Assembly: GCF_009914755.1 (NCBI RefSeq)
Contig: NC_060938.1
Source of the DNA: the human T2T-CHM13v2.0 reference genome, Homo sapiens
Reading direction: 5' to 3' (one strand)
Length of the DNA stretch: 64,000 bases
Position numbers and translations under genes: made by a program. The notes under the pieces are model-generated. The model saw only the letters and a list, made by a program, of their open reading frames with translations, searched no databases and was not told the DNA's origin. Positions 25,693-42,339 of the stretch are shown here, piece by piece. Positions within the stretch are counted from its first letter, which is position 1; the number at the start of each line of letters is the position of its first letter.

Positions 25693-25824
25693 TAGGCTCA
25701 GTCTACTGTGTCTAGAATCAAAATGATTAGATTGTAAATCAGTTCTTCGAAAATTAAGTTTTTGAGCCTTGAATCATTGACTGTGAAGTCTGAGATGAAG
25801 ATTCCAAGGTGCCAGCTAATTAAA

Positions 25825-26070
25825 TGGTAAACAATACAACGGTCTGGGTGAATAGAGAGTTTCTCAGTTTGCTTTACTTAAAGAACCAAAGAAAAAGTGC
25901 CCAAAACAGCACACTATTAGCAACTATAGTCTTTATGTTGTATATTGGATGTTTAGGTGAGTTTACCCTACATTATCTATATGTATCTTGTACTATCTAT
26001 ATGTATCTTGTAACATCATGTTGTGCTGTATACTTTAAATATACACAATGCAATTTATTAAAATTTTAAA
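25825..26070 (+). mobile_element. L1MA-type distal 3' UTR
   Basis: gtaacatcatgttgtgctgtatactttaaatatacacaatgcaatttattaaaa. Confidence 0.55.
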
Positions 26071-28946
26071 AGATAAAAGTGAAGCTCCATCTGTAAGAAT
26101 GTTGAAGATTTTGAGTCATTAGTTGTGACATGTAGCTGGGTGCTTACTTTTGTACCCTCCCCCGTTCACCCCAGGCTAAAATGGCATTCTAGAAATAATA
26201 ACCCAGAACACAATCGTATTAGCAGGTCTTCTTTGATGAGAACTGTCACAGATGTATAAGACTAAAGGTTAACAGCATAAATCTTCCTCACAGAATAATA
26301 AGTGAGTGTCTGTGGTATGACAGAGGATACAGAACTGAGAATAAAACCTGAATCTAAAAAAACAGGAAATGAAATCACTCATCTATTGTAACTCTCTTCT
26401 TTGGACCATATATGCTGGCTAAAGATCTAGTGATTTTCTTTAGAGATGTGTTAATAAAAGACTATAAAATGTGAAAGCCATTAGGAAATTCAAATATTAA
26501 ATCATACTAATGAATCTCTGACTGGGGTTTATGTGTGTATGTGTGTGTGTGTGTTGGTTTTACAGTAACAAACAACTGTAAATTCTATTCCATGTAGAAT
26601 GGTAGTGAAATTATGTCAGAATGGACGTAGTACCTCTATTTTACATTATTGGATTACTTGAACAGAATTTGAGCTGTAGAGGAAGGGGTTATACTTATGA
26701 ATGCTTCTGTGCTTAAGAAGCTTTTATTTGTACACAAAAAAATCGAAGTTTACCCTTGAAATGTATTTTTATAATGGGTGGCATTCCTACTTAAAAATTA
26801 CCTTAGAAAAGTTCAGTTCAGTTCAGTTCAGTTTTATTAGTGTCTTATAAATGTATCGTGCAGATATAGCACAGAATTATCATATTCAGGTTTAAGTATT
26901 TGCATAACAGTTTCAAAAATAATTTAATATACACAATTATAGCCTCAGCAAATCTTGTTGAGATTTAATTGGATTGTAAACTAATTTTATCTAGTATTCA
27001 TGTTATTAAACATTCTTGCTGTGTATTTGTTTTTAATTGAAGGAATTAATTTTATAATCCTTAGTGTTCACTTTTTTTGATTTATTCTCTTTGTCCTACA
27101 TTACCTGGATTATTTCAGCCCTGGAACACTGCTGTATGAATGAATGGCCAGAATTTGCTTTTGTTTTACCCTGTGGACTGTGCCTAGGAATTTATTGGAG
27201 ATTGGCACCTGAGGTGGGGTAGAAAGTGGGGAGAATTTTTTGGGGAGCTCATTGACATCTTTCATCTACCATATTTGAAATATTCAACATTTTTGCTTCA
27301 TAAAAAGAATGTGACATTAGCTAATGTGCATTGGGGCAGATTTCTCATTTCATTATTCTTCATTTACAAATGACCTGATTTCCTGGTCTCATTACCTTAA
27401 ATATAGATTCCTAAGGAATGAGGTTGCCCCACTTAAGGGTTATTACCACATGTTTCTAATATGCCTTAAGGAAACTATTTATTATGCCAGGATGTAGGAT
27501 GTAACAGTGAACGCTACCTGGATAAAAAAGGACAATGATAAAGGTAGAAACTGACAAAAAGTATATTGACAATAAAGGCATAAAGATAATTCTCGTGCTT
27601 TCCTGAAGTAAAAAATACTTTAAAATATTAGACAATATATGCATGAAACAAAGCCATTGTTTAAAGGAATCTTTTATCTAAATTATATAATAGATTTTGT
27701 AAAAATTTTATTTATATTGTTGTGACTACATTGCATATAATACATTTCTTAAATTTGTATTATAGTAGATGTGAAGTTTCTGTTTTGTTGAATACACATT
27801 GGATTGTGATTTTTATGTAATACAACATGTTCAATATTCTTCAGCAAAACACCGTATCAGTTATAAATTAAATAACCAGTAACAACAAGATTTAATTATA
27901 TAAATGCATTTGAAAAATGCTGGGTATATTTTCAAAAAACCCCTTTTAAAGAATTTATCATAACCTTTATTATAAAAGTTACTGTAATTATTCAAACTGC
28001 CTAAGTAACAAAATATTTTCCTTACATATATAACTATTGAAATTATTAAAAAATAAAACATGTAACAAAGTGTGAATTAGCCTGTCACTTATACAAAAAT
28101 GGGGCAAGTACATTTTTATGTGTGTGCATAATAATATGCTGGAAAATAAATAACATGCTGTATGTTTTCTTTATCAGCAGTCCCCTTTGTTTTAAAGTTT
28201 CAATTAATCAGGCTATTTTTGTTATATCCAGCTGATGAAAAGGCCTTCCGTTTGAAAAGCAGACAATAATTTAATATTATGTTTTTTTTAGATGTAGCTT
28301 GTCTACTTTGGCCATTTAGAATGTTATTAAAGTAAGGTTAGGACAAGTAAGTAAGTTTAGGAAACACAGTTTTCTGAAGTGATGTTAGGAAAGGCATTTT
28401 TAAGCATCCACTCTATGTCAAACTATTTTTGGGGGATGTACATAGATAAGCCTATTATGAATAAACATAGTGATCTTAAAAGAATACATTCTAGATAGAC
28501 CTGCATACACAAAATATCAGTGAAAACACAAAAACAAATAATAGATGAATACAGAAAACATTAAGTGTTGACTGGGTAAAGTAGAAGTCAACCTTAAGTT
28601 TACAAAAACAAAAATTGCCATATTCTAAAGTCCTCCAATAAAATAACAATTTTTAAAAAAATAAGCAGTAAATTTGTGATGAAAAAAAAAGAAAGACCAA
28701 GGACAAGGCTCTTAAACATTTAATATTTGAAAGGTGGTGGTGGTAGGGGTAACCAGAATCAGCAAAGGCTTTAGAAGAAACATTAAGAAAGCAAAAATAA
28801 AAGAGGGATGTTCCAGATAAAATATTTTTTAGAAGAGAAGCTGTTCGAAACAAAATTCCAGGAGGATGTTAAGGAAGATGAAGCCTGTGGAAAGGCCAGT
28901 ACATTTCTTGATTCAATTAATTGTGATCCTTTAAAGAAAACTTTCA

Positions 28947-29264
28947 GGCCAGGCGCGGTGACTCACGCCTATAATCCCAGAACTTTGAGAGGCTGAGGTG
29001 GGCGGATCAAGAGGTCAGGAGTTCGAGACCAGCCTGACCAACATGGTGAAACCCCATCTCAATTAAAAATACAAAAATTAGCCAGGTGTGATGGCGCGTG
29101 CCTGTAATCCCAGCTACTCAGGAGGCTGAAGCAGGAGAATCCTTTGAACCCGGGAGGTGGAGGTTCCAGTGAGCCGATATCTCGCCACTGTACTCCAGCA
29201 GCCTGGGTGAAAACAGCAAGACTCTGTCTCTAGGAAAAAAGAAAAAAAAAAAAGAAAGAAAGAA
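28947..29264 (+). mobile_element. Alu SINE, AluSg/Sx-like, with 14-bp TSD
   Basis: TSD aaagaaaactttca at 28933-28946 and 29265-29278; TT/AAAG endonuclease site; flanks resemble decayed L2. Confidence 0.95.
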
Positions 29265-31964
29265 AAAGAAAACTTTCAGTAGGTAGCATAATGGCAGGAG
29301 AGGAATTTTAAGTTGCTGAGTAATGACTAGAAGTGGAATGACATGTCACCACCATATGGCATTAGTATAAAAAATTAAAATACAAAAATTCTAAAGACTA
29401 CATAAATATGCAAACTGTTGTAAATTATTCGACCAATTTTGCTCAGTTTTTGGTGAGCTGATGTTAGCACCTGCAGCAAAAGTATTTTATATACTTTAAT
29501 ATGTAAAAATGGAAAGTATTTAAAAATTGTAGTTCATCTGATATTTAATTGGGTACATTTCCAGTGATAGCTATAATTTTTTAAAAATAAGCTTTTGATT
29601 ATGTTGGAATGAAGGATGATGGAGAACATTTATTTCATTTAAAACACACAAGAAAATGTAGGGAACTTTAATGAGAGCTGTCACTAGTTTACACAACAGG
29701 TAGAAAGTAACTATTTTCTCTTCAGCACACTACTTGTGGTCTTATTTCTATTATATTCCAGTCAATCCCAACACTGATACCAAATTTAATTGTCAAGGAA
29801 ATTGAGTATTTAAAATAGTATAGCCAGATTAGCTAAAGCATATGCAATCAAACAAATGATTTAAAAATACATCCATGCTGATAACTGAATTCCAGTAAAA
29901 ATATTATTTTCACAGATAATATTTATACACATTATTTATTTTTCCCCTTATATTTTTGACTGTTAACAACAGGTTTGATTTTTTCTCATAGCATTTAGAA
30001 TGTCTGACAGCAAATCAATGCATAAAAATAGCATTACTAGTAGCTCTTAGTAAACTTCCTCCTATGCTTAACTAATTAACTTCTGCAAATCATTCATTCA
30101 TTCATATCACCAAATGAAAAATTAATTTGGCCCTCTAGGATTTATTAAAAAAACATGGAGGAATAGGAGGAGAAAATATATTTATGGGGAAACACAAAGG
30201 GGAAATATATAAGAAATATAAAATGGAAAACCAAAAGAAAAATACTAGGATTTGTTCATTTTTAATGGAGAAATATAGTTTAATTTCATTAAAAAATCTT
30301 TTTAGGGAGGTGGAGAGAAAACTTAGGCAATGTTTGGAATGTGAGCATTAAGTTATGATGAAATTGTAAAATATCTCTAAGCACTTATAATTCATACTTT
30401 GGATCTGACACAAATTATATGTAATACAACAATCTCTGAGTAGAATTTCATTAAGTCCACCTTTGAACATTGTTTATGCCATCTACTTGCTTATAATTTC
30501 TTATTTCTGTGACCTATAGAAGAAGAAATTTTACTTAAAAAAACACTTATATTTAATAGACTTCAAATGTTTTATAATATGACCCCAATCTACCTCGCTC
30601 TTATTTTTGTTGATCACATCTATCACCCTGAATGTTTTCTCCTATTTCATTTCTTCAAGATTGCACACTCTTCTATTACTGTTTAGAAACTTCTCCTTAA
30701 GTTTTTTGTCCCAGCAGTGATGTCAACTTCTCTAATATAATAGCCTTTAGTCATTTTCTTATGATAGAATTTATCATTTTGAATTATAATTTTTCTTTAC
30801 ACATGTTTCCTCCACATAAGAGACAATAGCATTAATCTTTATCTCACGAGCACTTGTGTAGTGCCTGGCAATGAGTGCATAATAGAAGTCTCTTGAATAA
30901 AGTCACAACACAGTCTTATTCATATTTTCCTATACTCACCATTTTTATATGCAGCTTTTAAGTTTCATCTCTTTAATCAGGGGTATAGGAAATCTCAAAA
31001 ACCATTGTGTGTCTTTGACTCTACACTTTAGTCCTTATTTCAATAACTTCAAGCACAAAGACCAATTTAATTGATGTCTGGAGATTCATCAGTATCATAA
31101 AAATGTCACCTTAATGGTACTTGTTAATCATACAGTCTTTTTCTTTATCATTTTAGTTCTAAAAGTTAACTGAAAATTGTATATCTCTTTCCTGCTTTGC
31201 TCTGCTCTTTTACATGAGGTGATTGTTCATCCTCTCAGGGTTTAGGTGATTACACAGCAAGATTAACTATGTGCAAGAATTTCTACTTCACAGTTGTAAA
31301 ATAACTATATCTCTCTGTAAAGAACTTAACATTTCTTTATGAGGCTAAGACCATGATATAGATCTTTCAATTTTATTCAAAATTATTAATAAATCATTTT
31401 TCTTCTATGGTGAAGGAAGTTAACTACGAACAGAATAATTTATATAAAATGTTCACTTAATAATTAAGACTATAAATGCTACTTTCTCAAAGAAATGAAA
31501 GGTGCTCTATATCCCTTGACTTATGAAGAGTATTTTAATAAAGCAACATTTTAGCTATTTCTTTCTTTCATTTGCCTCTCCATTACTTTTTTTTTAATTC
31601 AGAGAAAGTATTGAATACCTTCTCTTGAGAATCACCGTGGTAATCATTAACAGATAAATATGTTAACAAAGAAAACTTTGGCTTTTAAGTAATTGAAAAG
31701 AAAATAATCTGCTAAATAATTTGATAATAAGTACTAGTTTCAAGGTGGATGTTAACAAAGTCTAGTTACCAAGTATAACCATTTTTCTGACAAGAAAAAT
31801 ATTTTTCTCTGTAAATTAGTAAATAGGTATTCTGGTTATATATTTCAGCTTCTTTTGATTTTGATGAGTTAGCTCCATATATTATGTTAATCTGGGCACT
31901 CAGTGTTGTATAAAAATTGTTTTTCTGCAATAAGATTCTGGCAAAAAGCAAATATTGTAGTCAA

Positions 31965-32390
31965 AGTACAATTAAAGAAAAGTTTAAGTGATTAGATATG
32001 AAAAGGGTCAAGAAAACCAACAGGCTTTCTTGATGCACCCAGGTTTGGTAACAGGGCAAAGCTATTACCATCCTTATCCTGAAAAAGAGAAGGTACATGT
32101 TACCTCACAGAACCTCAGAGGTTCTGAAATCATGGGGCCTTTTAAAAAGAGCTGTAATGTTTGATACAGGTAAGATAATCATTACCAAGTGATTACTGGC
32201 CTTTGGGGGAAGTTTCTGAGGAAATAAATAGCAAACCCCCTCTTGTCTCTCTTCCTCAATACTTCACTAAATGCTCCTATAGGCCAAATTCTACTGGCCA
32301 AGAGTTAGTAGAGGTCAGCTTTCTGAGACACAGAGCAGGGAAGGGAAGAGTAGACAGTTGATTTAGAGGACCACACAGAGGACATTCAGC
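31965..32390 (-). mobile_element. Old ERVL-type LTR (LTR33/LTR16-like)
   Basis: tagaggtcagctttctgagacacagagcagggaagggaagagtagacagttgatttagagg ... ggacattcagca. Confidence 0.5.
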
Positions 32391-32541
32391 ATATACTCTT
32401 ACCTTACAATGAAAGACACATTTATAATGTTGAAATACTGATTTTTCAAATTCAATTTCTACCTTCCTCAACGGTGTTTGGTTGATACTTTTCTATGCAG
32501 TAGATCAGTGATGAAGAGTTAATAAGGACTACTTTACCATA

Positions 32542-32788
32542 ATATTCTCACTCATAGGTGGGAATTGAACAATGAGAACACTTGGACACAGGAAGGGGAA
32601 CATCACACACCAGGGCCTGTTGTGGGGTAGGGGAAGGGGGGAGGGATAGCATTAGGAGAGATACCTAATGTAAATGACCAGTTAATGGGTGCAGCACACC
32701 AACATGGCACATGTATACATATGTAACAAACCTGCAAGTTGTACACCTGTACCCTAGAACTTAAAGTATAATAAAAAAAGAAAATAAA
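32542..32788 (+). mobile_element. L1PA4/5-like 3' end with poly-A
   Basis: atattctcactcataggtgggaattgaacaatgagaacacttggacacagg ... gtaccctagaacttaaagtataataaaaaa. Confidence 0.93.
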
Positions 32789-33069
32789 TCTTACATTCAA
32801 ACATTAAATATACACTTTCAGAAATTGAAATGTAGGCCCTGGAGTTTGACAAGGGTAGGAATAAATCTCCATAGGAAAATCCTTAGATACAAATCAAAAT
32901 AAATTTTGAATAATTTTTCTTCAGAGGTATATTGGGGTGGGAGATTAAAATAACTCTTCATGCCAGAGAGCTGAATTTATCTATTCATATATACTCACTA
33001 GCTGGAAGAGTGCCTGGGCCACATTAAGCTTTCAATATCTGTTACATTGAACATAATTTTAAAAATTTA

Positions 33070-33195
33070 CTTTCAGTGCTGTTGCTAGCTCTCTTTGTAA
33101 GCTTAGGCAAATCATCTACTCAGCATCATTTTCATTGTCTATCAAGTGGAGTCAGTACTATCAAAGAAGTTTGTTCGAAAGATTACCTGAATTTA
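33070..33195 (+). mobile_element. MIR SINE remnant
   Basis: gtaagcttaggcaaatcat...ctcagcatcattttcattgtctatcaagtggag core-like. Confidence 0.5.
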
Positions 33196-34184
33196 AAGGC
33201 TGGATTGTTTACTACTGACATAGTTTTAGGTCACATATATAAAAATCAATGATTTCTTATTGTTCAGTCTAATTAATAGTAAATCTTCTTTGTAAATTCT
33301 AATGTGAAAAAAATGATAATTAAATTACCAGAGGCTTTTATTTCATTTTCAAAGTTTTCAAATAAAAATATATTAATATATTAAAGGCTACAAAAGCAGG
33401 TTTCATGTGCCCTTTTTACTCATCTATTAATAAAACAATCACTCATCAAAATTAATTGAATGCTATGTATGTCCTAAGTTCATTGCTAAGGACATCATTT
33501 TTTTTTCTCTTGATATAAGAGATTGGAAAATGCAAGAGAATGTTTTCCTTAAAAGTCAATATAAGATTTTACAGCTGAGTTGAGAAAAAAAATCATAGCA
33601 TCTAAAAATTTTTCCCCTAATTTCATGCTGGAAAATATTGTCAATATGTTCACTAACCATGCCCATTCTGCTAACATTTAGTTCTCCACACAGGGTACAT
33701 TTCAGTTGATTAGATTTTTGCTTGCTAAAATAATTTCTTTCTAGACATGCTTCTCTGAAAGTACAATTCCACTGGCATATTAGGGGTTTTTGAACTGTTT
33801 AGCCACAAATTTATAGAGCTATCTTAATTCTCTCTCATGGAATGGTATTTGTGTTAACTATGACTAGATCAACGAGTTTAGCTTTGAGAGGGAGTCTTTG
33901 TAATCTAATGATTTTTGGTCATTTTCGTGGTATCATTGGCCTGTGCCATCACTTTCTCCACTTTATTGAGAAAGTGCTATGAAAATAATATAGGTAGCAA
34001 ATAATGTTCTTTTTTTTTGTTAAATAATGATGTGATGTGGCAATTTTTCTACAAAATTTTCTCTCTCAAAAAAGGAAAATTGTCTCATTCTTGCTATTGG
34101 GAACATTTGCTACTGGGATATTTTAAATATTCTTTCTAATTTAACTATGTAAACATTTCTAAACTTAGAAAATATATTGTAAAA

Positions 34185-35400
<1,216 letters not shown>

Positions 35401-35446
<46 letters not shown>

Positions 35447-35448
35447 CG
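35401..35448. repeat. (TG)n(CG)n microsatellite
   Basis: About 19 TG units followed by cgcgcg; followed by an MLT2-like 3' end gccctgactgataca. Confidence 0.95.
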
Positions 35449-35509
35449 CTGTTGTTTCTGCTTTTCTGGTTAGCCCTGACTGATACAGCAGTTACAGCTT
35501 ACTTATTTA

Positions 35510-35798
35510 ATTTTTTTTAAAAGACAAGGCCTTGCTATGTTGCCCAGGCTGAAGGGCAATGGTGTGATCATAGCTCACTGCAACTTCAAACTCCTAGGCT
35601 CAAGTGATCCTCTCATTTCAGCTTGGAATACCTAGGACAAACACGTGTCAGCATACCTGACTACTTTTAATTTTTCTTTTTTTTTTTGTAGAGAAGGAGT
35701 CTCACTGTGTAACCAAGTCTGGTCTCCAATTCCTGGCCTCAAGTGATCCTCCCATCTGGACCTCCCAAAGCACTGGGATTACAGAGGTGAGCCACCAT
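35510..35798 (-). mobile_element. Alu SINE, AluJ-like
   Basis: gatcatagctcactgcaacttcaaactcctaggctcaagtgatcctc ... gggattacagaggtgagccaccatg. Confidence 0.9.
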
Positions 35799-36699
35799 GA
35801 TTAATCACTTATTTCATTTTTCAATATACTGTATCTGACTGTAATGTATGCCAGGAATCATTGTAAATGTGCAGAGGGAAGGGAGAGAAAACAAGAGACT
35901 AAAGTTAGTGTAAAGCTGCCCCTCTATAGGAGAAATCTGCATTAGTAATATGGACATCATAATGTGTTTCCATGATCAATGAGAAACACATATAGAGAAA
36001 GCAGCAGCCTACTTGTCACTAATTCCTTCCATCAGTATTGTAGAATTTTGGAAGGAGTTGTGTTTATTTCTTAAGGATAGTTAGACAGAATTATTTACTT
36101 TACTTAAAAAACTCACATAATTTAGGTGCACATCAACCATGTCCACATAATGCAATACTTTTTGCTAATAACATACCCTGTAACTGAGCACATCCACGGA
36201 AAAACAGGAAAGATAATTGAGGTAATAGTGAGTGAAATTGTGAATTGTGGTGGTAATAAATATATCATGTTCATAAAATCCATATAGTATACTACCTAAA
36301 TAATTAGGGCAGATGTTTGCTAATTAAATATTCTATAATTTTCCTTAGTTATTTTTCAACATGTAAAAATATATTGCAAGAATATTGAAATTGAGTTATT
36401 TATAGTAAGACTATATTCTGGCAATTACTGGCTTTATTTGATCTCACGTAACCTATACCTATTGGCTTTCATTATAAATACTAAAATTTTTGGTAAGCAG
36501 TTTAACAGTAGACGTGGCAAATAGGGAATGTGCAGTTTTGTGCTTTTTGTTTTGCTTTATCTGTTTGTAACTTTGAATAGCTTACTACCTTTAAATTCAT
36601 CAAATTCATTTGTTTAGTATTTTAGAACTAACACAGCCCTGGGAAACCTTGGTTTCCTCTCCTGTCTTGCTTTTTATCTAATTTCATGACATCTGCACC

Positions 36700-36792
36700 A
36701 TCTAAAATCTCTGGGGTCAATTTTTTAATCCATGAAATAAGGGAGATGGACTAGGTGATCTATAGAGCTTTGTCCAATTCCAAAATTCTGCC
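36700..36792 (+). mobile_element. MIR3-like SINE remnant
   Basis: tctctggggtcaattttttaatccatgaaataagggagatggactaggtgatctatagagctttgtccaattccaaaattctg. Confidence 0.65.
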
Positions 36793-37849
36793 ATGTTAAT
36801 TTATTTATGCTTAGTCTGTCCAGTTTCTCCCTGCATTAATCAAATTTGTCTGATAATGATCAAATCTTAGCATCCTTTTGAACTTAAATCAAAGTGAATG
36901 CATTTTTATGCATGTATACTAATAATTAAGTATGGACTTGTCTTGAATATTTCCAGATTTCTTTGAAAACAATACTTTCCCATACTGTGTTAGGGTAATA
37001 GGTGCTTCTTTCTCAATTTTGCTTTAAGTATTCATGGATAAAATTTATGTTCCATTGTTCCCTTATGTGTAAATTAATAAACAACAAAATTAAATAATTC
37101 CTAAAGATATTTTATTGGCCATGGCTACATGTACATAGTTATTCTTTTCAATTTTTGGGGTGCCATAATTCATTTAGCCATCTTTAGTTATTTACCTTGC
37201 TGAAATATGTACCCCATTCCTCCTCAATTGTTTTATCTTCCCACTGCTCAGTTATTTCCAAACATTCTTGTTGCCCAAAATAAAAACAGCATACATTTTT
37301 TTAACCTTGGAGTTCTGCCAGAGAAAGAAGAAATAAAACTAACACCCATGAAATAGAGAAAAGAAAATTTGGCAACAACATCCAAACCAAGAATCAGTTA
37401 CAAGTACAGTATGTACCACAGAGTCACTTTTATAGTTTCTATGAATTCTTATTTCTCAATATCCTATGAAAGTTATTTCATTGATAAATTCTACCTAATT
37501 TACCCCAATGTATTCCCTACTGTGAACCAACAAGGAAGACTAAAGAGTAAGGTTTCTTGATTGACAAAATAATACTCATAAATATACTTGCACATTCAAG
37601 CACACACACACTCACACACATGCACATTCATACAGTTCCTAATCTCCTTCATTCAGACTGCGGTGACTTATTTTAGTCTATTTGAAGAACATATGTCAAA
37701 GATGTAATGTTTCTTTTCAAACTTGCAAGATTTCACTTTCTAAGGAAATTACCATATATGCTCTCATAGCATCATACACTTCGCAGTACTTTCAGTTTTA
37801 TGCTGTGATACTTCATGTTCGTTTTTGCTGTCATATTTAATTTTCTGCC

Positions 37850-37970
37850 TCATGTTCAGCTTGTGAGCTCCATTTGAGCATGGATTATTTCTGGTTTGGG
37901 TCTCCATTGAAACCCCTTCATCAAACATGCGGCCCAGTAGATTATGTCAGTAATTATTTATTGAATGAAT
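37850..37970 (+). mobile_element. L2 3' end
   Basis: ttgtgagctccatttgagcatggattatttctgg ... ttattgaatgaat. Confidence 0.6.
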
Positions 37971-39475
37971 AATAGAATTGGTGGCTCCAATTACACGGTT
38001 AAGTAAAAATGGATGGGCTTAAAATGGCATCAGAAATATTCTACTCTATACTTAAAATTCCATCAGATACACTATATAAAAAACTTTTACAACATTTACA
38101 AATATCAACCAAAATGTAATTCATGCTTTTATTATCTCTTTTTCTGTCAATCTTTTTGGATAATGGAGTCATACAATGGATGAAAGATTGGCCAAGATAC
38201 ATTCTAAACTTGCTTCCAGGTTAAGAGTCTGTTCTACCAACATGAATGTTTAATAAGAATCACTGCATCAAAATGATGTGTTTAGTTTTAATAGCTTATA
38301 TTGCCTGTATGCTCTGAGTATTAATAAAGATACTTTTATGTTTTCTCATAAATCAAATATTTTTATTTTACACACTTGGGAAACATGTAGAAACCCTGAA
38401 TGCATTTGTTTATCTTTGACTTTAATGCAGACACCCGAGTACAGTACTCTCTGATATTAAAAAAAAAAAAAGAAATATTTAGGAGAACTAAACATGATAC
38501 ACATTTTTGTGAAACAAAGAATGCTTTTGCAAGATAAAATATAACTTATTATAGGATGTTGTTAGCTTAACATGTAGGCTTATTCATTAGATTAGGGTGA
38601 TGTTTAATTTGTCATTTTTGTCTTTCTGATAAATTAAATGACTAGAAATATGAATTCAGAAAAGTGTAGATTAATACCATTAAGCTTGACAAATAAATAT
38701 TCAGGTTTCTGAATCTACTGCTCATACAGAATGCTGCAAAAAGCTCAGGCTTTGTATCTATAAAACAAAGATAATAATAGAATCAACCTACTGGGTTAGT
38801 GCAAAAATTAAATTAGAATATAAGAAAATATATGTGTTTAATAAAAATTGTTCAATACATTTTTGTTTCACTAAGAAGAGAATTCTCTCTTTTTTTTTTT
38901 TTTGGTGAAAAAGCACCAGCCAGTGAAATATCAAAACTAAAATATCTGAGCCAATTAAGAGACTTTCTTTTCTCCTGATACAGGATTTATATACACATAC
39001 AAGTTTTCTCAGGAGAGGTGTAGGGAAGAGGTTGGCTTCCTCATCATTTCCTAATTCCAAATTCCTCACATATTAGCTGAATTTCTGGCTTATCGGTGGA
39101 GAAGTGAGTGGTAAGGAGCTTTTACCTGCTTCAGACAGTAATGATCTTACAATGGCTGCCTATGGTTACAGACGACACAAAATTGCTGATCATCTGCTCC
39201 TGAGACACATTAGTTTGATCCTCAGAGACTCTGCTCTCTTTATAGGTATCTCATACTGTAGTTCTTTTTAAAAGGGTCATATTGCAGGTTGCTTTTCAGT
39301 TTCCACTTCAGCCCTTGGGATCTGGCAGGTTTCTAGTTGACTGTATTGACTCATGGTTAGTAGGGATGACCCACAACCAGCACCCTTACCCTGTTGTGAG
39401 GAAAGGTGCAATTCATTTTCAATACAGACTTTCTCACTTCTCTCAATGGCTTGCAGGCAGCTTCAACCAGCTTTA

Positions 39476-40512
<1,037 letters not shown>

Positions 40513-40990
40513 AAAAACAAATTATTCTCTTGCTTATACCTCAGAGGGTCCATGGCAAACTCCTCAAGTAAATTTGTGATGGTTCCTCACATTCACATAG
40601 TTTGCATGAAAAAAAATATCATTTTTATAGTTCTGAGAAGTTATTATCAATAAGATACACAAATCATGGTCTTTAATATTATTTTTAAAATATATCTTAT
40701 GGTATTGACTCCAAGAACAATATAGAAAGAAAAGAAAGAAGAAAAGACATGCTTAAAGCACTCTAGAAGCCTTTTCTTATTAGTTGAAGTAAAACTCGAG
40801 AAAATTTGTACTATTTTTTTAATATTACAAAAACTAAACCTACAAATGACTTACTATACAATTCAAGTGGATACAGACATGTAAAAAAGGCTACTACACT
40901 TTATTTTTGGAATTAGTTCTGATTAGTTGCTTATAAACTATTTAAGAAGTAAATTGTTTTTGCCTAAAGTCATTTTTGCATAAATTTGGT

Positions 40991-41118
40991 TGAGTGACCA
41001 TATAATTTTTCTTACAAACTTGGACACATTTCATGGTAAACAAGAGCCATGACTGCATGTGATATCTAACAAAATATAAAGTAGACTGTCCCAGGTAAAT
41101 CAGATATATGATCACTCA
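40991..41118 (+). mobile_element. MER94-like hAT-Blackjack MITE
   Basis: TIRs tgagtgaccatata / tatatgatcactca; internal caaacttggacac and gactgtcccaggtaaa. Confidence 0.75.
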
Positions 41119-41179
41119 AGTTAGGAAAATTTCACCCACAAGAAGACTTTAACTCAAATTGGCCAAAGAAGCATATTAC

Positions 41180-41610
41180 AATAATTAACCAGAAGAAAGA
41201 TATATTGTCGTTTTCAGTTTTGGCTGACTTGGCAGTTTCATTATGGATGTAGATTTCCATTTTTCCTCTCAGTCATCTTCAATTTGCCAGCCTGCGTCTC
41301 TCCTTGTATTTGAAAGTTGGCTACAGTGGTTCTAGGCATAAATCTCAGGTGAAATAGTATCCAGATGTACAAAGATGTTTTTCTTGGGAGCAAAATAATT
41401 TCTAGAAAGTTTCTCAGTAACCTCCCATACTTCTCACTGACTATCAATATGTCATTGCTACATCCATCAGTGCAAAGGGAAACAGGATTTACCCTTGGAA
41501 CTAGGGTTATAGGAAAAACAACTTTGAATGTTATGGGAAAACAAAATTGGGTCTCTTTCAGAAAAGAAGATATATGATGATTGTTGCAGAGACAACCAAT
41601 ACTGTTTGCT
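41180..41610 (-). mobile_element. MLT1 (K/L-like) LTR
   Basis: gttggctacagtggttctaggcat; aaaacaaaattgggtctctttcagaaaagaag ... gacaaccaatactgtttgct. Confidence 0.6.
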
Positions 41611-42339
41611 AAAACTCTATTCCTGCCTCTAATCCTTGACCCTTTTCTGAAAACTCATGATTAAAATGTCCATAGAAATCATTCTATTTCTATATCTCCT
41701 GCCCTCAAATATTTCTATTTTATCTTTTAATTCCCAGAGAAATTCTCCGTTTAATTTGTGACAGAACATCTCACTATAGTTCAAATTTATTGAAACTTAC
41801 TTTTATTAGGGTAAAGTGTAAAAATAGATATTTTCTGTAAAATTTTAAAACATAAGTAATATTAATGTTTAAAGGTTCATCAACCAAAGTATAAATAGGC
41901 AGAATTTTCTGCAAATTAATAACTTACAGACATCATTCAGTAAAGTGTGATTTTTAAGACAATATGGCAATATGTTACTCTGAACATTAATTAGGTTATT
42001 CTTTACATTAACTAAAAGTTTTAACTTTTCAAAAATGAGTCCCCTTATGCTAGAATGGATATTTAAACACAAATCAATGTAAACTCATCACATCAAATGT
42101 TTTTCTGAAAAAAATCTATCATAAAATATGAAATACTTCTCTATAAGATTTAGAAAACTTGTCTGTCTTTAGGTGTTTACAGATGAATAAAAGTAATAAC
42201 ATTTTGCAGTTAAATGTTATGAATTTTTTTCTCTTTCTCTTTCATTTAATGAATTATTTAAAATAGAAACAGGAGAATCCCAAGAATTGTAATCCTTATA
42301 AAAACCAATTAGAGATCCTTCACTTAGTCTGTCAAAAGA

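Noticed and set aside
26811-26833. (GTTCA)4 run resembling a ruminant BovB tail
   Set aside because: No adjacent RTE sequence; the window is primate (Alu, L1PA); simple pentamer microsatellite
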